Under the pieces are notes generated by a model, which made no database searches, had not been told where the DNA came from, and saw only the letters and a list, made by a program, of their open reading frames with translations. DNA of 64,000 nt from assembly GCA_038087875.1 (NCBI GenBank), contig CM075990.1:11162001-11226000 (forward strand), read 5' to 3'. The position numbers and the translations under genes were made by a program. Positions 47,520 through 59,347 of the stretch are shown in pieces (the first letter of the stretch is position 1; each line of letters starts with the position of its first letter). The DNA comes from Malacoraja senta. Taxonomy: Eukaryota.

Positions 47520-49349
47520 GGATTATGTCATCTAACTGACCTGATGTGTGTATTAATGGGAGTCTTGGAAAAGTTTGATGTAAATTGTCCTCCGGTCTGC
47601 AGGGGGCTGGGGGTTCCGTGAGAAGTGATTGAGTTTCACTTCAGTGTAGAAATGTCATATCAGAGTTGAGACGTTACCTTACTGAGGACAAAATGCACAA
47701 GAGCTCGCTTGTGTGCAAGGCTCAGTGGATTACTCTTAGCTCTGGATCGCTGGTTCGAGGGACCAGAATACAAACTGCAGGTGGCTAGCAAAAGGCTAAC
47801 AACAATAACATTACTAGAACAGCCCACGATTGGCTGCAGAAATCAATCTGCACAGTCCATTAGAGATGTCTGAGTGGTTTGAAGTCCCGCTGGAAAGTCC
47901 CACTTATTATTATTGGCTTGTGGATGGCAGTTGTGTCATGGGCACCTCTTGCCAACTTTCACAGATGTAAAAGTTTAAAGTGCTGTGAGTCATGTGGATT
48001 TTTCCTTGAAAGTGATGTTTCTTTGGTTGATTTAGCTTGGTGAGAGCACCTGATGGAAAACAGCATCTGGTGATTTATTGCCCTTCTGCAGGGGTGAGAT
48101 GAGGTTTGGCTAAGAGAGAAGTACGCTCTATTTGTTCTTGAACGTGCGATGCATGTTGATGAGTTTCAATTACCTCAGTGTAGAAATCTCGTATCAGAGT
48201 TAAGACTTGTTATCTTCATGTATCAATACATGCAAGAACCCTCTTGTGCGCGCGGCTCAGTTGATCAACTCCGGGCTCTGGATAGCTGGTTCAAGTCCTG
48301 CTCTAGAGACCTGAATACAAAATTGCAGGCCGGTATGGTCGACCTGAGCTGCTCTGTTGGAGCTGTGGCGTTTCAGTCAAGTTATTAAACTGAGACCTTG
48401 CCTGCCAAGTTTGTAAGTTTGTCAAAGGCACTTTCAAATAGGAAAGATTTCTTCTCAGTTCACAGCCCAATATTTCTCTCTCAACCTACTTTACAAATGC
48501 CCTGTTGTATACTATACAGAAGTAAGTACTGCTCTACTCAACAGCCAAAATCTGTAGCCTCCCTTTTATCTGGTATTTTGTTGGTTCACATGCTTGATCA
48601 ATGGTGTTTTATCATAAATGTTTTATTATTGTTAATGTTTAGTGTTTTCCGAGTCATTCGGAACTGTCACTGTATGTCATGTTGTTACTTGTGGGCGGAG
48701 CACCAAGGCAAATTCCTTGTATGTGAATACTTGGCCAATAAACGTACTTACTATACAGAAGCTGGCCATTCAGCCCTTTGGCACATGCCAACCCACAACA
48801 CAGTTTTCTCATTCCTCCGCACTTTACTTTGGCCTGCAAATTGTTCTCACTTGATGAGTTACTGAATGGAAACTGGCCCCCCTAACACTTCTTCCACTAA
48901 TGAGTAGCTTGTCCTGTATTCACCACCACTCTTTTTGGATGGAGCCGTCTCGCTAGTAAATGATCAAGCTGACTATGTGATCTATCGATCGGATTAGCAA
49001 AGGATGTTAGCTGTGCCTCTCACTTTCACAGCTTCAGCATGCAGAGACAGAACAGCTTCACTATTCCAAGAAAAGTGTTTTGCATTGGAAAAAAAAAAAT
49101 CATTATTTTGATTTCAGGACTGCTGTATTTTGGTTCGCCGAGCAAGAGCTTTTCTAAAGCCGATCTTGCATCTGATAATTCACTCTGGGCAGGATCGAGG
49201 GACATGGTACACAGCATTCATTGCATACTTACAGGCAACGTCCTTTGCATCCACAGTGGCATCTATGCTGCACATAAACGTCCTCCCACCCCTTCATCCC
49301 AGCCCTCTGTTATCCAACTTGAAGGGTCTCGACCCAAAATGTCAATCAT

Positions 49350-49885
49350 TCATAGAAACATAGAAAATAGGTGGAGGAGTAGGCCATTTGACCCTTCGGG
49401 CCAGCACCGCCATTCAATACGATCATGGCTGATCATCCAAAATCAGTACCCCATTCTGGCCTTTTCCCCATATCCTTTGATTCCCTTAGCCCTAAGAGGT
49501 AAATCTAACTCTCTCTTGAAAACATCCAGTGAATTGGCCTCCACTGCCTCCACTGCCTTCACAGACTCACAACTCTGTGTGAAAAAGTTTTTCCTCATCT
49601 CAGTCCTAAATGGACTACCCCTTATTCTTAAAATGTGACCCCTGGTTCTGGACTCCCCCAACATCGGGAACATTTTTCCTGCATCTAGCCTGTCCAATCC
49701 TCTAAGAATTTTATAATCTATAGATCCCCTCTCATCCTTCTAAATTCTAGCGAATACAAGTTGACCCATTCTTTCATCATACGTCAGTCCCGCCATCCGA
49801 GGAATTAACCTGGTGAACCTATGCTGCACACCCTCAATAGCAATAATGTCCTTCCTAAAATTAGGAGACCAAAATTGCACACAAT
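49350..49885 (-). mobile_element. CR1 3' end
   Basis: ORF 49443-49697 DRLDAGKMFPMLGESRTRGH...MRKNFFTQ; CATAGAAA tail repeats. Confidence 0.88.
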
Positions 49886-50540
49886 AATTCCTTCTCTCCA
49901 GAGATTCTGCCTGTCCTGAGTTACTGCAGCATTTTGTGTGTCTCTTCCCTTAAACCATTCCTTGCTTTACTCAACAACACCCATGGGAACAAGTTCCACA
50001 TTCACACTGCACTCTGGATAATGACATTTTGCTTTTGGATTCATTAGTGATCACTTATTTTGGGGTCCATTTTCTAGTCTCCTCTGTAGAAACATGTCAT
50101 ATATTTACCTCTTTGAAGTCCTACACTATTTAAAAGACATCAATCATATCAACTTGGGACTTTTTATATTGTGCTAAGTGTTTCCGCCTGGTCAAATTTG
50201 TCTTGTATGTATAACTTCTCAGTGCTGGTGTTGTTCTAATCCTTATTACTCTACTTTCATTGCCTATGTATCATTTAATTGACAGTTCTGATCTCTATAT
50301 TATGCTGTTTTGATGAGCATACACTTGCAAAAGCTATTAACAAGTATTGGCAATTGTGTGATGTCTTAAACATAAGATATGAATAATTGCCCCAAGCATT
50401 TTGCAGCAGTTTTTGTGCAATGATACATCTTCTCGGCAACCATCAGGCTCTTGATCTCTGCGTAGTACTAACCACAGCCCCACCTCTACTATAGATATAC
50501 ACAAGATGCTGGAATAACTCCACGGGACAGGCGGCATCTC

Positions 50541-50678
50541 TTCTTCTTCTTTCGTGTGGCGTGCACAGCCTAAAGTTGTTGGACAACTTGTTCTATTTGA
50601 TCTTCCGTTTGTGCACGTCGAGTTGATTGCATTAGTCGAAACAGGGCGGACCACGTGAAGGTTGCAATCTTCCACCCC
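50541..50678 (-). mobile_element. Short non-autonomous retroposon with 5' HDV-like ribozyme and (GAA)n tail, copy 2
   Basis: TSD GCGGCATCTC (50531-50540) / GCGGCGTCTC (50679-50688); inserted into a Penelope-derived repeat. Confidence 0.88.
50625..50678 (-). ncRNA. Minimal HDV-like ribozyme (apparently intact)
   Basis: GGGGUGG-AA-GAUUGCA-ACC-UUCACGU-GGU-CCGCCCU-G-UUUCGA-CUAA-UGCAAUC matches the P1/P2/P3/L3/P1.1/P4/J4-2 nested double pseudoknot. Confidence 0.85.
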
Positions 50679-51154
50679 GCGGCGTCTCTGGAGAGAAGGA
50701 ATGGGTGACGGTTTGGCTCGACCCGAAACACCACCCATTCCTTCTCTCCAGAGATGCTGCCTGTCCCGCTGAGTTACTCCAGCATTTTGTGTTTATCTTC
50801 GGTTTAAATCAGCATCTGCAGTTCCTTCCTACCCACCTCTCCTATGATCTATTATGGACTTTTGTTTAAATTGCACTCTATTTCAGTTTGCATTGTTTCC
50901 TAGTATAACTGATTGTTAATTTAATTTATTATTGTTTATTGTATTATTTGTGCAATATTGTGTTAATGTACCAGTCAAGCTGCAGCCGGTAAGAATTTAA
51001 TTGTTTCATTGACAGTACATAAAACAATTAAACACTCTTGACTTGAATTTTACTTGCAGAAAATGAATAGAGACCAAGGGTTCCGTCACGGCATAAGCAA
51101 AACCAAATTGTGTTTATTTTGCACCTTTAGAATAGTAAACTATCTTTTAAGACT

Positions 51155-51430
51155 TTAGAGGTACAGTGCAGAAACAGTCCTTTCAGACCACCGAGTCCAC
51201 GCTGACCAATGTTCACCCTGTACATTGACGCTATTTATGATGTTACCAAAGCTAATTAACCTACAAGCATGTTTGTCGTTGGAGTTTGGGAAACCGCAGC
51301 ATCCGGAGAAAACCCACGTGATCACAGGGAGAACGTATATACTCTGTCGGGCAGCACCTGTAGTTGGGATCGAACCAGGGTCTCTGGCGCTGTGAGGCAT
51401 CAGCTCCACTGCTACACTACTGTGCTACCC
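51155..51430 (-). mobile_element. V-SINE
   Basis: Family match. Confidence 0.82.
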
Positions 51431-52404
51431 TATCCAAGGTGATTTGCAGGGTATAAGTAACTTGAGTTAGTACCAGGTAGTAAGGTAGATGACTGAAAGC
51501 CTGGACATGAGATAGGATCAAGGGCATGAAAAGTCATGGATTCACGAAAGGCTGGGATTAGTGGAGATTGCGGCCAATGACAGGTCTGGAGGATGCTATC
51601 AGAAAGCGAGAGGTAGGGGTCAAAATGGGATTTGGACCACAATGACGAGAATGTCAATATCAAGAGGTTGCTAGATCGGGACCTGAAGGAGACCATTGTC
51701 CTCATGTTTCAGGGACAATTTCAACTCTGCATAAATTGGATGACCAACATCCATTAAAACGCCTGTGCAGATTTGTTCACAGTATGTGAACCTGTGTTTA
51801 CAAGCACAGATCGTTACTACAGAGCCACGCTGACACAACTATGTAAATTATTGAACTGTGAATACAAGCCCCTGCACTGTTTTCCACACTCTAATTTGAA
51901 GGCATTATTACCAAACTAGAGGTTGCCTCGGTTGTTAATTTCTGTTGCTGCAGTCAGCACAAATTACAGGGAAGTAAAATGTAATTATATCTTTGTCCTT
52001 TTATACAATGCACTCCTATTAAATTTCTTGACGTCCTGTTCAAACAGTATTTAAAAGAATGGCCACTAAATATCTGTAGTCGCCCGAGCGATCTTAACTC
52101 CATTACCCTGAATGTCTGAGCAATGTAATTTAATGTTTGTGTGTAAGTGCCTGCACCTATCTTGTCTCCATGTAACTATTGTCTGGGGATCTTTCTTTTA
52201 TCAAGCCTTAAGGCAAATCCTTCAGACTCTGTTAAAATATCTTTAATCAATAGGACGACACAAGCTCAGGATTTACCTCGTGGGTTAAAGACCGCGACTG
52301 AGTGGTCCCATTTTTCTAGCTTCGAGGAATGAATCCTTTGTCTCTGAATCCAAGGCATCCATTGGTAATTCCAAAGTCACATCAAAAATTAAAATAAAGA
52401 GAAT

Positions 52405-52600
52405 AGAGACACGAAAAGCTGGAGTAACTCAGCGGGTCAGGCAGCATCTCTGGTGAAAAAGAGCAGGTGATGTTTCGGGTCAAGATCCTTCTTCAGATTG
52501 AGAATCTGGGTCTCGCGTCTTGAACCAAAATGTCACCTATTCATTTTCTCCAGAGATGCTGCCTGACCCGCTGAGTTACTCCAGCTTTTTATATCTATCT
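52405..52600. repeat. Penelope-derived inverted repeat
   Basis: AAAGCTGGAGTAACTCAGCGGGTCAGGCAGCATCTCTGG and its reverse complement. Confidence 0.75.
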
Positions 52601-53046
52601 TAGTTTAAATGCATACTCGAATGTGTATTGATTAATAAATCTCCGGATTAGAGTCGTATTGCAAGGAAACAGGCCCTTCGGCCCACCGTCCTTGCTGACC
52701 ATCAAACACTCAATTTGCACTAATTCCATTTATTGAACTGTGTCAGTTATCAAGTCTGATCAGAAGCAAAAATCCTGAATAGTCTCACCTTAGACCAATA
52801 TCTAATGTCGGCCAAAAGAAAGAAAAACTTCATTGATTTAGACTCTGCTTGAGTTGTAAATAAACTCTGTGCAGAAAAAAATATTATTATTGATTGGCTG
52901 CAGCGAGAGTGCCTTCATTTATGTCAATGTTGATGCATCTTTCCAGAACTCTCATTGGAAACATTAGTTTGAACAACTCTGCCTCAATAAAGAGGTCACA
53001 GGATCACAATCTGTTTGTCATTTAAACCAAGTCTATTGCCCTTCCA

Positions 53047-53398
53047 TTTAGTTTAGAGATACAGAGTGGAAACAGGTCCTTCAGCCCACCGAGTTTGCAC
53101 TGACCAGCGATCCCCGCACATTAACACTATCCTACACGCACTTGGGACATTGAAACCGAAGCTTATTAACGCGGTAGCGTAGCAGTAGAGTTGCTGCCTT
53201 GTAGCGCTTGCAGCGCCGAAGACCTGGGTTCGATCCTGACTATGGGTGCCGTCTGTGTGGAGTTTGTATGTTATCCCCGTGATCACGTGAGTTTGCTCCG
53301 TGATCTTTGGTTTCTACCCACACTCCAAAGGCTGACAGGTTATGTAGATTCATTTGCTTGACTATGTGTAAATTGTCCCTAGTGTGTGTAGGATAGCG
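53047..53398. mobile_element. V-SINE with internal inversion
   Basis: 3' tail on - strand (53047-53168) joined to 5' two-thirds on + strand (53170-53398). Confidence 0.78.
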
Positions 53399-53729
53399 TG
53401 CCATCATGCTCTGAAAGAAAAGTGAGAAATTCTGGAATTTAAAAGATTCTGGAAATCTAAATAAAAATGACAGATGCTGGAAATGTGAATTAAAAACTGG
53501 ACTAAAAGGGTTATTTGACCTGAAATGCTAACTGTTTTTCTTTCCTCAGATGCTGCCCACTGTGTTGAAATTTTCCAGGGCTTTCTGGTTTTGTTTGGGG
53601 AAATGCTGGAAAATATCAGTAGCATCAGGGTAGCATTATGAAGCAGCGGTAGAGTTGCTGCCTTACAGAGCCAGAGAACCAGGTGCGATCCTGACTACGG
53701 GTGCTATCTGTACGGAGTTTATAAGTGAG

Positions 53730-53890
53730 GTGTTAGCTCAAGAAGGCTGCGTCTATCATCAAGGGTCATTCGACCTTAGCCTCTTCACGTTCACACTATC
53801 AGGCAGAAGTTACAAACGCCTGAAGTCTCACACCACCAACTTCAGGAACAGCTACTTCCCTACAGCTACCAGGTTCTTGAACTGACCTGC
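53730..53890 (+). mobile_element. Rex1/Babar ORF C-terminal fragment
   Basis: LSGRSYKRLKSHTTNFRNSYFPTATRFLN. Confidence 0.7.
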
Positions 53891-55213
53891 ACAACCCCAA
53901 TCGTACTTCGAAGATAGACACAAAATGCTGGAGTAACTCAGCGGGACAGGCAGCATCTCTGGAGAAGGAATGGATAACGTTTTGGGTCGAGACCCTTCTT
54001 CGGACTGAAAATCAGGGGATAGGGAATACGTCACCCATTCCTTCTTTCCTGAGATGCTTTCTGTCCTGTTGAGTTACCACAGCATTTTGTATCTATCTTC
54101 AGTCTAAACCAGCATCTGCAGTTCCTTACTTCAACAACAGAACACTATGGACCACCTCTAGCACTCTTAAGGACTTGTTTTGGAAAAGTATTTTCATTTT
54201 CATTGTCTTGTTACATTTATGTGTTTGTATGTTGTCTTAGTCCACCTTTGATGTTGCTGCAAAGAGTTTCATTGTATCTGTTCCTCACGGTAGCTTTGCA
54301 TCTGACAAACTCAACTTGAAGACTTGAAATGCATCAAGATTATTTAGTTATTCTGCATCTGACTTTGTAGCTGTTGATAAAAAGGAATAACACTTCCAAA
54401 TAAATGTATTTTAAGGCCTTTGAAAACTTTAGTGTGTGAATATCAAAACAGTGTTGAGACTGGATATGTCAGAAGTTTTTTTTTTATTGGTGAGACACAT
54501 CAGAGTCTCTGCACTGCAGGGTATCTGTGAACTGCTCACTTAGAGCTTCCTTGCTGTGGTTGTTGGAACTGATTAAACCAGGGAGGGGTGAGGAGTTTTG
54601 GTTTATTTGAGTAGAGCTACCGCAGGAATTATGTGCTACCCTGCTGTAGTTCAGTCACATTTTGTCACAACATAGGCCATTCTGCCCCTCGAGCCTTTGT
54701 AAGCTCCGAGTAATCCCATTGGTGTTATTCCTTTGCAACCCATTATCTCCCTGATGCCCATCAATGCCACCCTGTTTCCTCTACTACATTAAGGGTGATT
54801 TACAGGGTGTAATTAACGTTATCCAATGTCAAATGTCTTTGGGATTTGTGAAGCAACCCCACTCAACCAGGATAAATCAATGTGGTCGTAGGGAGGACAT
54901 TCAGACTCCAGTCTGGCTGGGTCAGAGTTCAAGACTGAGCCTAGGTCGCTGGAGATGTGAGGCAGCAGTTCTACTACTTGGGCTAACACTGCCCTGTGTA
55001 GCTCTTGGTCTCCACTGGGCAGATTAGTTTCATTCCTTCATGCCTCCCCCTCCCCAACACCAGGTGTAGTTCATCATGTTCTAGGATCTTGGATTATCTG
55101 ACCATCAACAAAATACTAAGACCCATTGTTCATCGTTCATCTAGCTAACCTAATCTTCCCTGTGTGACAACATTTCCTATGGCGATTTTCCAGATGGGAT
55201 GTTAAGCCAAGTG

Positions 55214-55570
55214 TCAGAGTCATAGAGTGATTCAGTGTGGAAACAGGCCCTTCGACCAAACTTGCCCACACCGGCCAACATGTCCCAGCTACATTGGTCC
55301 CACCTGCCCACGTTTGGCCCGTATCCCTCCAAACCTATCCTATCCATGAACGTATCTAACTGTTTCTTAAATGTTGGGAAAGTCCCTGCCTCAACTACCT
55401 TCTTTGGCAGCTCATTGCATAACCCCACCACCCTTTGTGTGGAAATGGTAGCCCTCCGATTCCTATCAAATCTTTTCCCCTTCACCCCAAACCTATTTCC
55501 TCGATTCACCTACTCTGGGTTAGAGACTCTGTGCATCTGCCTGATCGATTCCTCTCGTGATTTTATACAC
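55214..55570 (-). mobile_element. CR1 3' end
   Basis: ORF 55177-55509 TQRVVGLCNELPKKVVEAG..FKKQLD. Confidence 0.88.
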
Positions 55571-55589
55571 TGTTTTCCTGACTTTGCAG

Positions 55590-55825
55590 ATAGATACAGA
55601 CAATCCCTTGGTTCCGTTTCAAAGAAGATCAGGAGTGTTTTACCGAGTACCTTGGCCCAATATTTAACCTCGACCAACACCAAAGCAAACAGTTATCACA
55701 TTGCAATACATGGGAGTTTTTTTGTGCGCAGTTTGATGTTTCTAACATTACCACACATCAAAAGTATTAATTGTTAAATTTTGGGGATATCCTGAAGTTA
55801 TGAAAAGGATTACTTAAACATTTGT
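55590..55825 (+). mobile_element. Deu-domain SINE (SacSINE1/AmnSINE-like), decayed
   Basis: AAGAAGATCAGGAG...GGCCCAATATTTA..CCTC.ACCAACA...ATCACATTGC...GGGAG...TGTGCGCA and L2-like tail; related remnants near 22660-22775, 36150-36440, 41830-42180 (-), 48250-48600 and 62070-62265. Confidence 0.65.
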
Positions 55826-56029
55826 TCTATTCCATTGTAGATGTGCCTTGGGCATATTAAGGATTTCTTCAGGCAGACTGAAATACTGATTCAGTAGGAC
55901 TGTGTGAACATTAAAGAAAAAAACTGCAGAAAACTGCTAGAAATCTGAAATAAAAGCACTTCTTAAAGAAAGCAAACATCAGCAGGTCAGGCAATATTTA
56001 TGGAGAGAAACAGGGTTAGCGTTTGAGGA

Positions 56030-56327
56030 TCTGTAGCATGTAATCCCGTGCTACCTGCTCCATGATCAGATAGTCGACGACTAAACCGTTTCCCCCACCT
56101 GGTTTGCCATGTGAGCAGGGTGGGTGTGGATCCCCACTTCAGTAGAAGTTGCGATCACTGTTGTACATAGGATTGATGATAAGGCACACACACCAAAATC
56201 CTATACTTCCAGCGGCGGAAGTCCACAGGAACTGGAGGACAGAGATGTGTGGTGCGTCCGTCACCGTTCCCATTGGAAACCAGCACCACTGCGTCGCTAA
56301 TGTTTTCGACGATGATGAATGAATGAA
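56030..56327 (+). mobile_element. Unclassified short retroposon
   Basis: CpG-rich block interrupting a Penelope-derived repeat and ending in (GAT)n(GAAT)n. Confidence 0.5.
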
Positions 56328-57119
56328 TTAACCTTTCATCATGGTGTACCTTCAACCTGAAATGTTAAATCTCTTAGACACAAAACCCTGGATTAACTCA
56401 GTGGGACAGGCAGCATCTCTGGAGAGAAGGAATGGGTTTCAGTTTGAGACCCTTCGTCTCAACCCAAAAACATCGCCAATTCCTTCACTCCAGAGATGTA
56501 GCCTGTCCTGCTGAGATAATCCAGTATTTTGTGTCTATGTTAATTCTCTTTCTCTTTCCACAGATGCTGCCTGGCTTGCTGAATGTTTCCAGTATTTTTT
56601 GTTGTTGCTTTATTTGAAGTGTCATTGTAAGACATGCTCATTTAAATGTGCATTCCAAGCACGCATTTGCTCATTAAATTCCACTAGCCGTGCCAGAGTT
56701 TTTTTCCATAATGTCTCATTGCTTACAACTCTTTCACCTTTCTCTGAGAAACTGAAGATATACCATTGCTCCCGAAGGCTGTCCCTGAGGAATGAACCGC
56801 TGAGTGATCAAATCTGTTTTCTTTTTGTTAGTCTGGGTTAAATCTGCCACAGAAAGTTGTGATCAAAGTTGCTCACCAAGGGACTTGAGCTGCAAACCCA
56901 ATTTCTCAGCAGGCTGGATACAGCACTGCTTTAAATTAACGTCTAATTGATTTTAATTCAGCAGCTTTCTCTGTAATGAGACCAGGGATAAAAATAGTTG
57001 TCAGCAACATAAGCCCATGAGTGTTGGGTTTGTTTTAGTTTGAGTCGAGCTTCTGCCCCACCATTTGTGCTTCCTCCCATTTCTCCACTGCATCACCTCC
57101 CTTCCATCACCACAACCTC

Positions 57120-57750
57120 ATGGGACAGGAGTAACCCTTTGGCCAACACTGTCTGTGTCGAACATGATGCTAAATTAAACTAATCCCTTCTGCCTGCATG
57201 TGATCCATATGCCTCCATCCACTTCATATTCATGTGCCTATCTAATAGACTCTTACATACCACTTTTGTATCTGCTTCCACTACCATTCCAGATAGCATA
57301 TTTCAATCACCATCATATTCCGTGTTAAACTATCACCTCACAGTTATGTCCAGTAGTATTCAAGATTTTTATCCTGGGAAATGGATTCTTACTGTCTCCC
57401 CTATCTATGCCTCAGAATTTTATGAACTTCTATCTTTTCATCAGAGCCAACAATCCAATTTTCTCCAAACTCTCATTGCTAATACCCACTAATCTAGGCA
57501 GCATCCTGATAAATTTCTTCTGCATCCTCTCCAAAATTGTCGCATCCTCCCATGTCAGGGGAGATCAGAATTGCACACAAGACTCCAAATGTGACCTAAC
57601 CAAAGCTTTATAAAGCTGCAACATGACCGTGACTCTTCTATTCTATGCCCTGACTGTTGGATTCCAGAATACAAGACACCTTTCATGCACCAGTATCTAT
57701 TTGTGTTGCCAGTTCTTTTCGAGCTTTGGACTTTGGCCCCAAGATCCCTC
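57120..57750 (-). mobile_element. Old CR1 3' region
   Basis: Reverse strand shows ALVRSHLESCVQF*SP and LERMQKKFIRML motifs plus tail. Confidence 0.7.
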
Positions 57751-57764
57751 TGTACAAGGAACGA

Positions 57765-57961
57765 ACTGCAGATGCTGGTTTAAACCAAAGAAAGACACAC
57801 AATGCAGGAGTAACTCAGCAGGACAGGCAGCATCTCTGGATAGAAGGAATGGGTGACGTTTCGGGTCGAGACTGAAGAAGGGTCTCGACCCAAAACGTCA
57901 CCCATTCCTTTTCTCCAGAGAAGCTGCCTGTCCTACTGAGTTACTCCAGCATTTTGTGTCT
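57765..57961. repeat. Penelope-derived inverted (palindromic) repeat
   Basis: Arms of about 80 bp (57793-57872 / 57882-57961) centred on a hammerhead-like motif. Confidence 0.75.
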
Positions 57962-57969
57962 CCCTCTGT

Positions 57970-58381
57970 ACATCACAGCTGTTGAGAATCCTGCCATTAT
58001 CCTGCCCCCCATTATCTCACTGACCTCCTCTCCCTCTACCAACCCTCACGGTCCCTCAGATCCACATCAGCTGGTCTCCTCTCCACTCCGAAATCAAACC
58101 TCTGCACTTTTGGAGGCAGAGCCTTCTCCAGGGCAGCTCCCAGGCTCTGGAATTCCCTCCCACAACTGATCCGAAATTCTGAGTCCCTCACCATCTTCCA
58201 GTCCCGCCTCAAGACCCATCTCTTCACCTCTGCATACCCTTAGTCCCATGTTCCTCTCCCCTTTGCATCTCTGTCTTACTGCTCTATTTTGTTTTGTTTA
58301 TTCTTGACTCTCAATGTAAAGCGACTTTGAGTCCTGAAAAGCGCTATATAAATAAAATGTATTATTATTATTATTATTATT
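57970..58381 (+). mobile_element. L2 LINE 3' end, second family
   Basis: GGRAFSRAAPRLWNSLP...FQSRLKTHLF; TGTAAAGCG...GCGCTATATAAATAAA and (TAT)n tail. Confidence 0.85.
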
Positions 58382-58559
58382 CATATCCTTTCCCTTTACA
58401 TTTGACGTCCCAAACTGCGGTCACACTTGCCCAGTTGCCAATTTCTCAGCACACACTGTACAGAACTGCACTAATGAACCTCCCTGCAAGGATATTGTTT
58501 TCCCTCCACTTCAGGTGCGTTGTCCCTCTTATACAGGATTCACCTGTACTCTGACTCCT

Positions 58560-58872
58560 TCCTGTCAACACAGCCCCCTGGCCACCTATTGAACTCTACT
58601 GCCTTTTTACTGTTAGCCCAGCAATAACCAAAGCTCTGAACGTGTTTGAGAGGGGATTGGCCACAGGGTATTCCTGCAACATCCGTCTCCCTCTCCTGGC
58701 TGTTACGCATCCATCTGGCTGAACTTGCGGTGTGACGACCTCCATGAAACTACTGCCTATAGCCCTCTCCACCTCCTGTCTGCTCCTCAGTGTGTCCAAC
58801 AGCCGCTCCAACCCGATCCATGCGATCTAAGAGGGTCTGCTGCCGATTGTACAGCTTCCTGATTTCCCACAA
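58560..58872 (-). mobile_element. CR1 ORF1 N-terminal fragment
   Basis: LERLLDTLRS...EVVTPQVQ...VTARRGR...PVANPLSN.F resembles chondrichthyan CR1 ORF1. Confidence 0.6.
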
Positions 58873-58879
58873 CTTTTGG

Positions 58880-59186
58880 GTTTAGTTTGGAGATACGGCA
58901 CGGAAACAGACCCTTCAGCCCACCGAATCCGTGCCGACCAGTGACCCCCGCACACTAGCACTATCCTACACGCACCAGGGACAATTTATAATTATACCAA
59001 GTCAGTGAACCTACAAACCAGCACGTCTTTGGAGTGTGGGAGGAAACAGGAGATCCTGGAGAAAACCCATGCCGGTCACGGGGAGAAGGTACAAACTCCG
59101 AACAGACAAGCACTGTAGTCAGGATTGAACCTGGGTCCCTGTCGCTGTGAGGTAGCAACTCTACTGCTGCACCACCATGCCGCCCT
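58880..59186 (-). mobile_element. V-SINE
   Basis: Family match. Confidence 0.85.
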
Positions 59187-59347
59187 GACAAAAGGATCTT
59201 AGCACCCCACCAACTGCCTTAAATGGTCCCCTTAATACACGCTAAAATAGATCTAGAGTTTGAGAAAGAGTGAACCTTAAACACCTTGCCTTGTTTCTGT
59301 GTGCCCTCTTCACCAAAGCCTGTACATTGACCTAGGAGCAGCACTTT

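Noticed and set aside
49039..49638. 199-aa ORF
   Set aside because: Runs through repeat fragments antisense to CR1; chance ORF
57872..57899. Hammerhead core on + strand
   Set aside because: The GAAA box is mutated to AAAA, so it is predicted inactive
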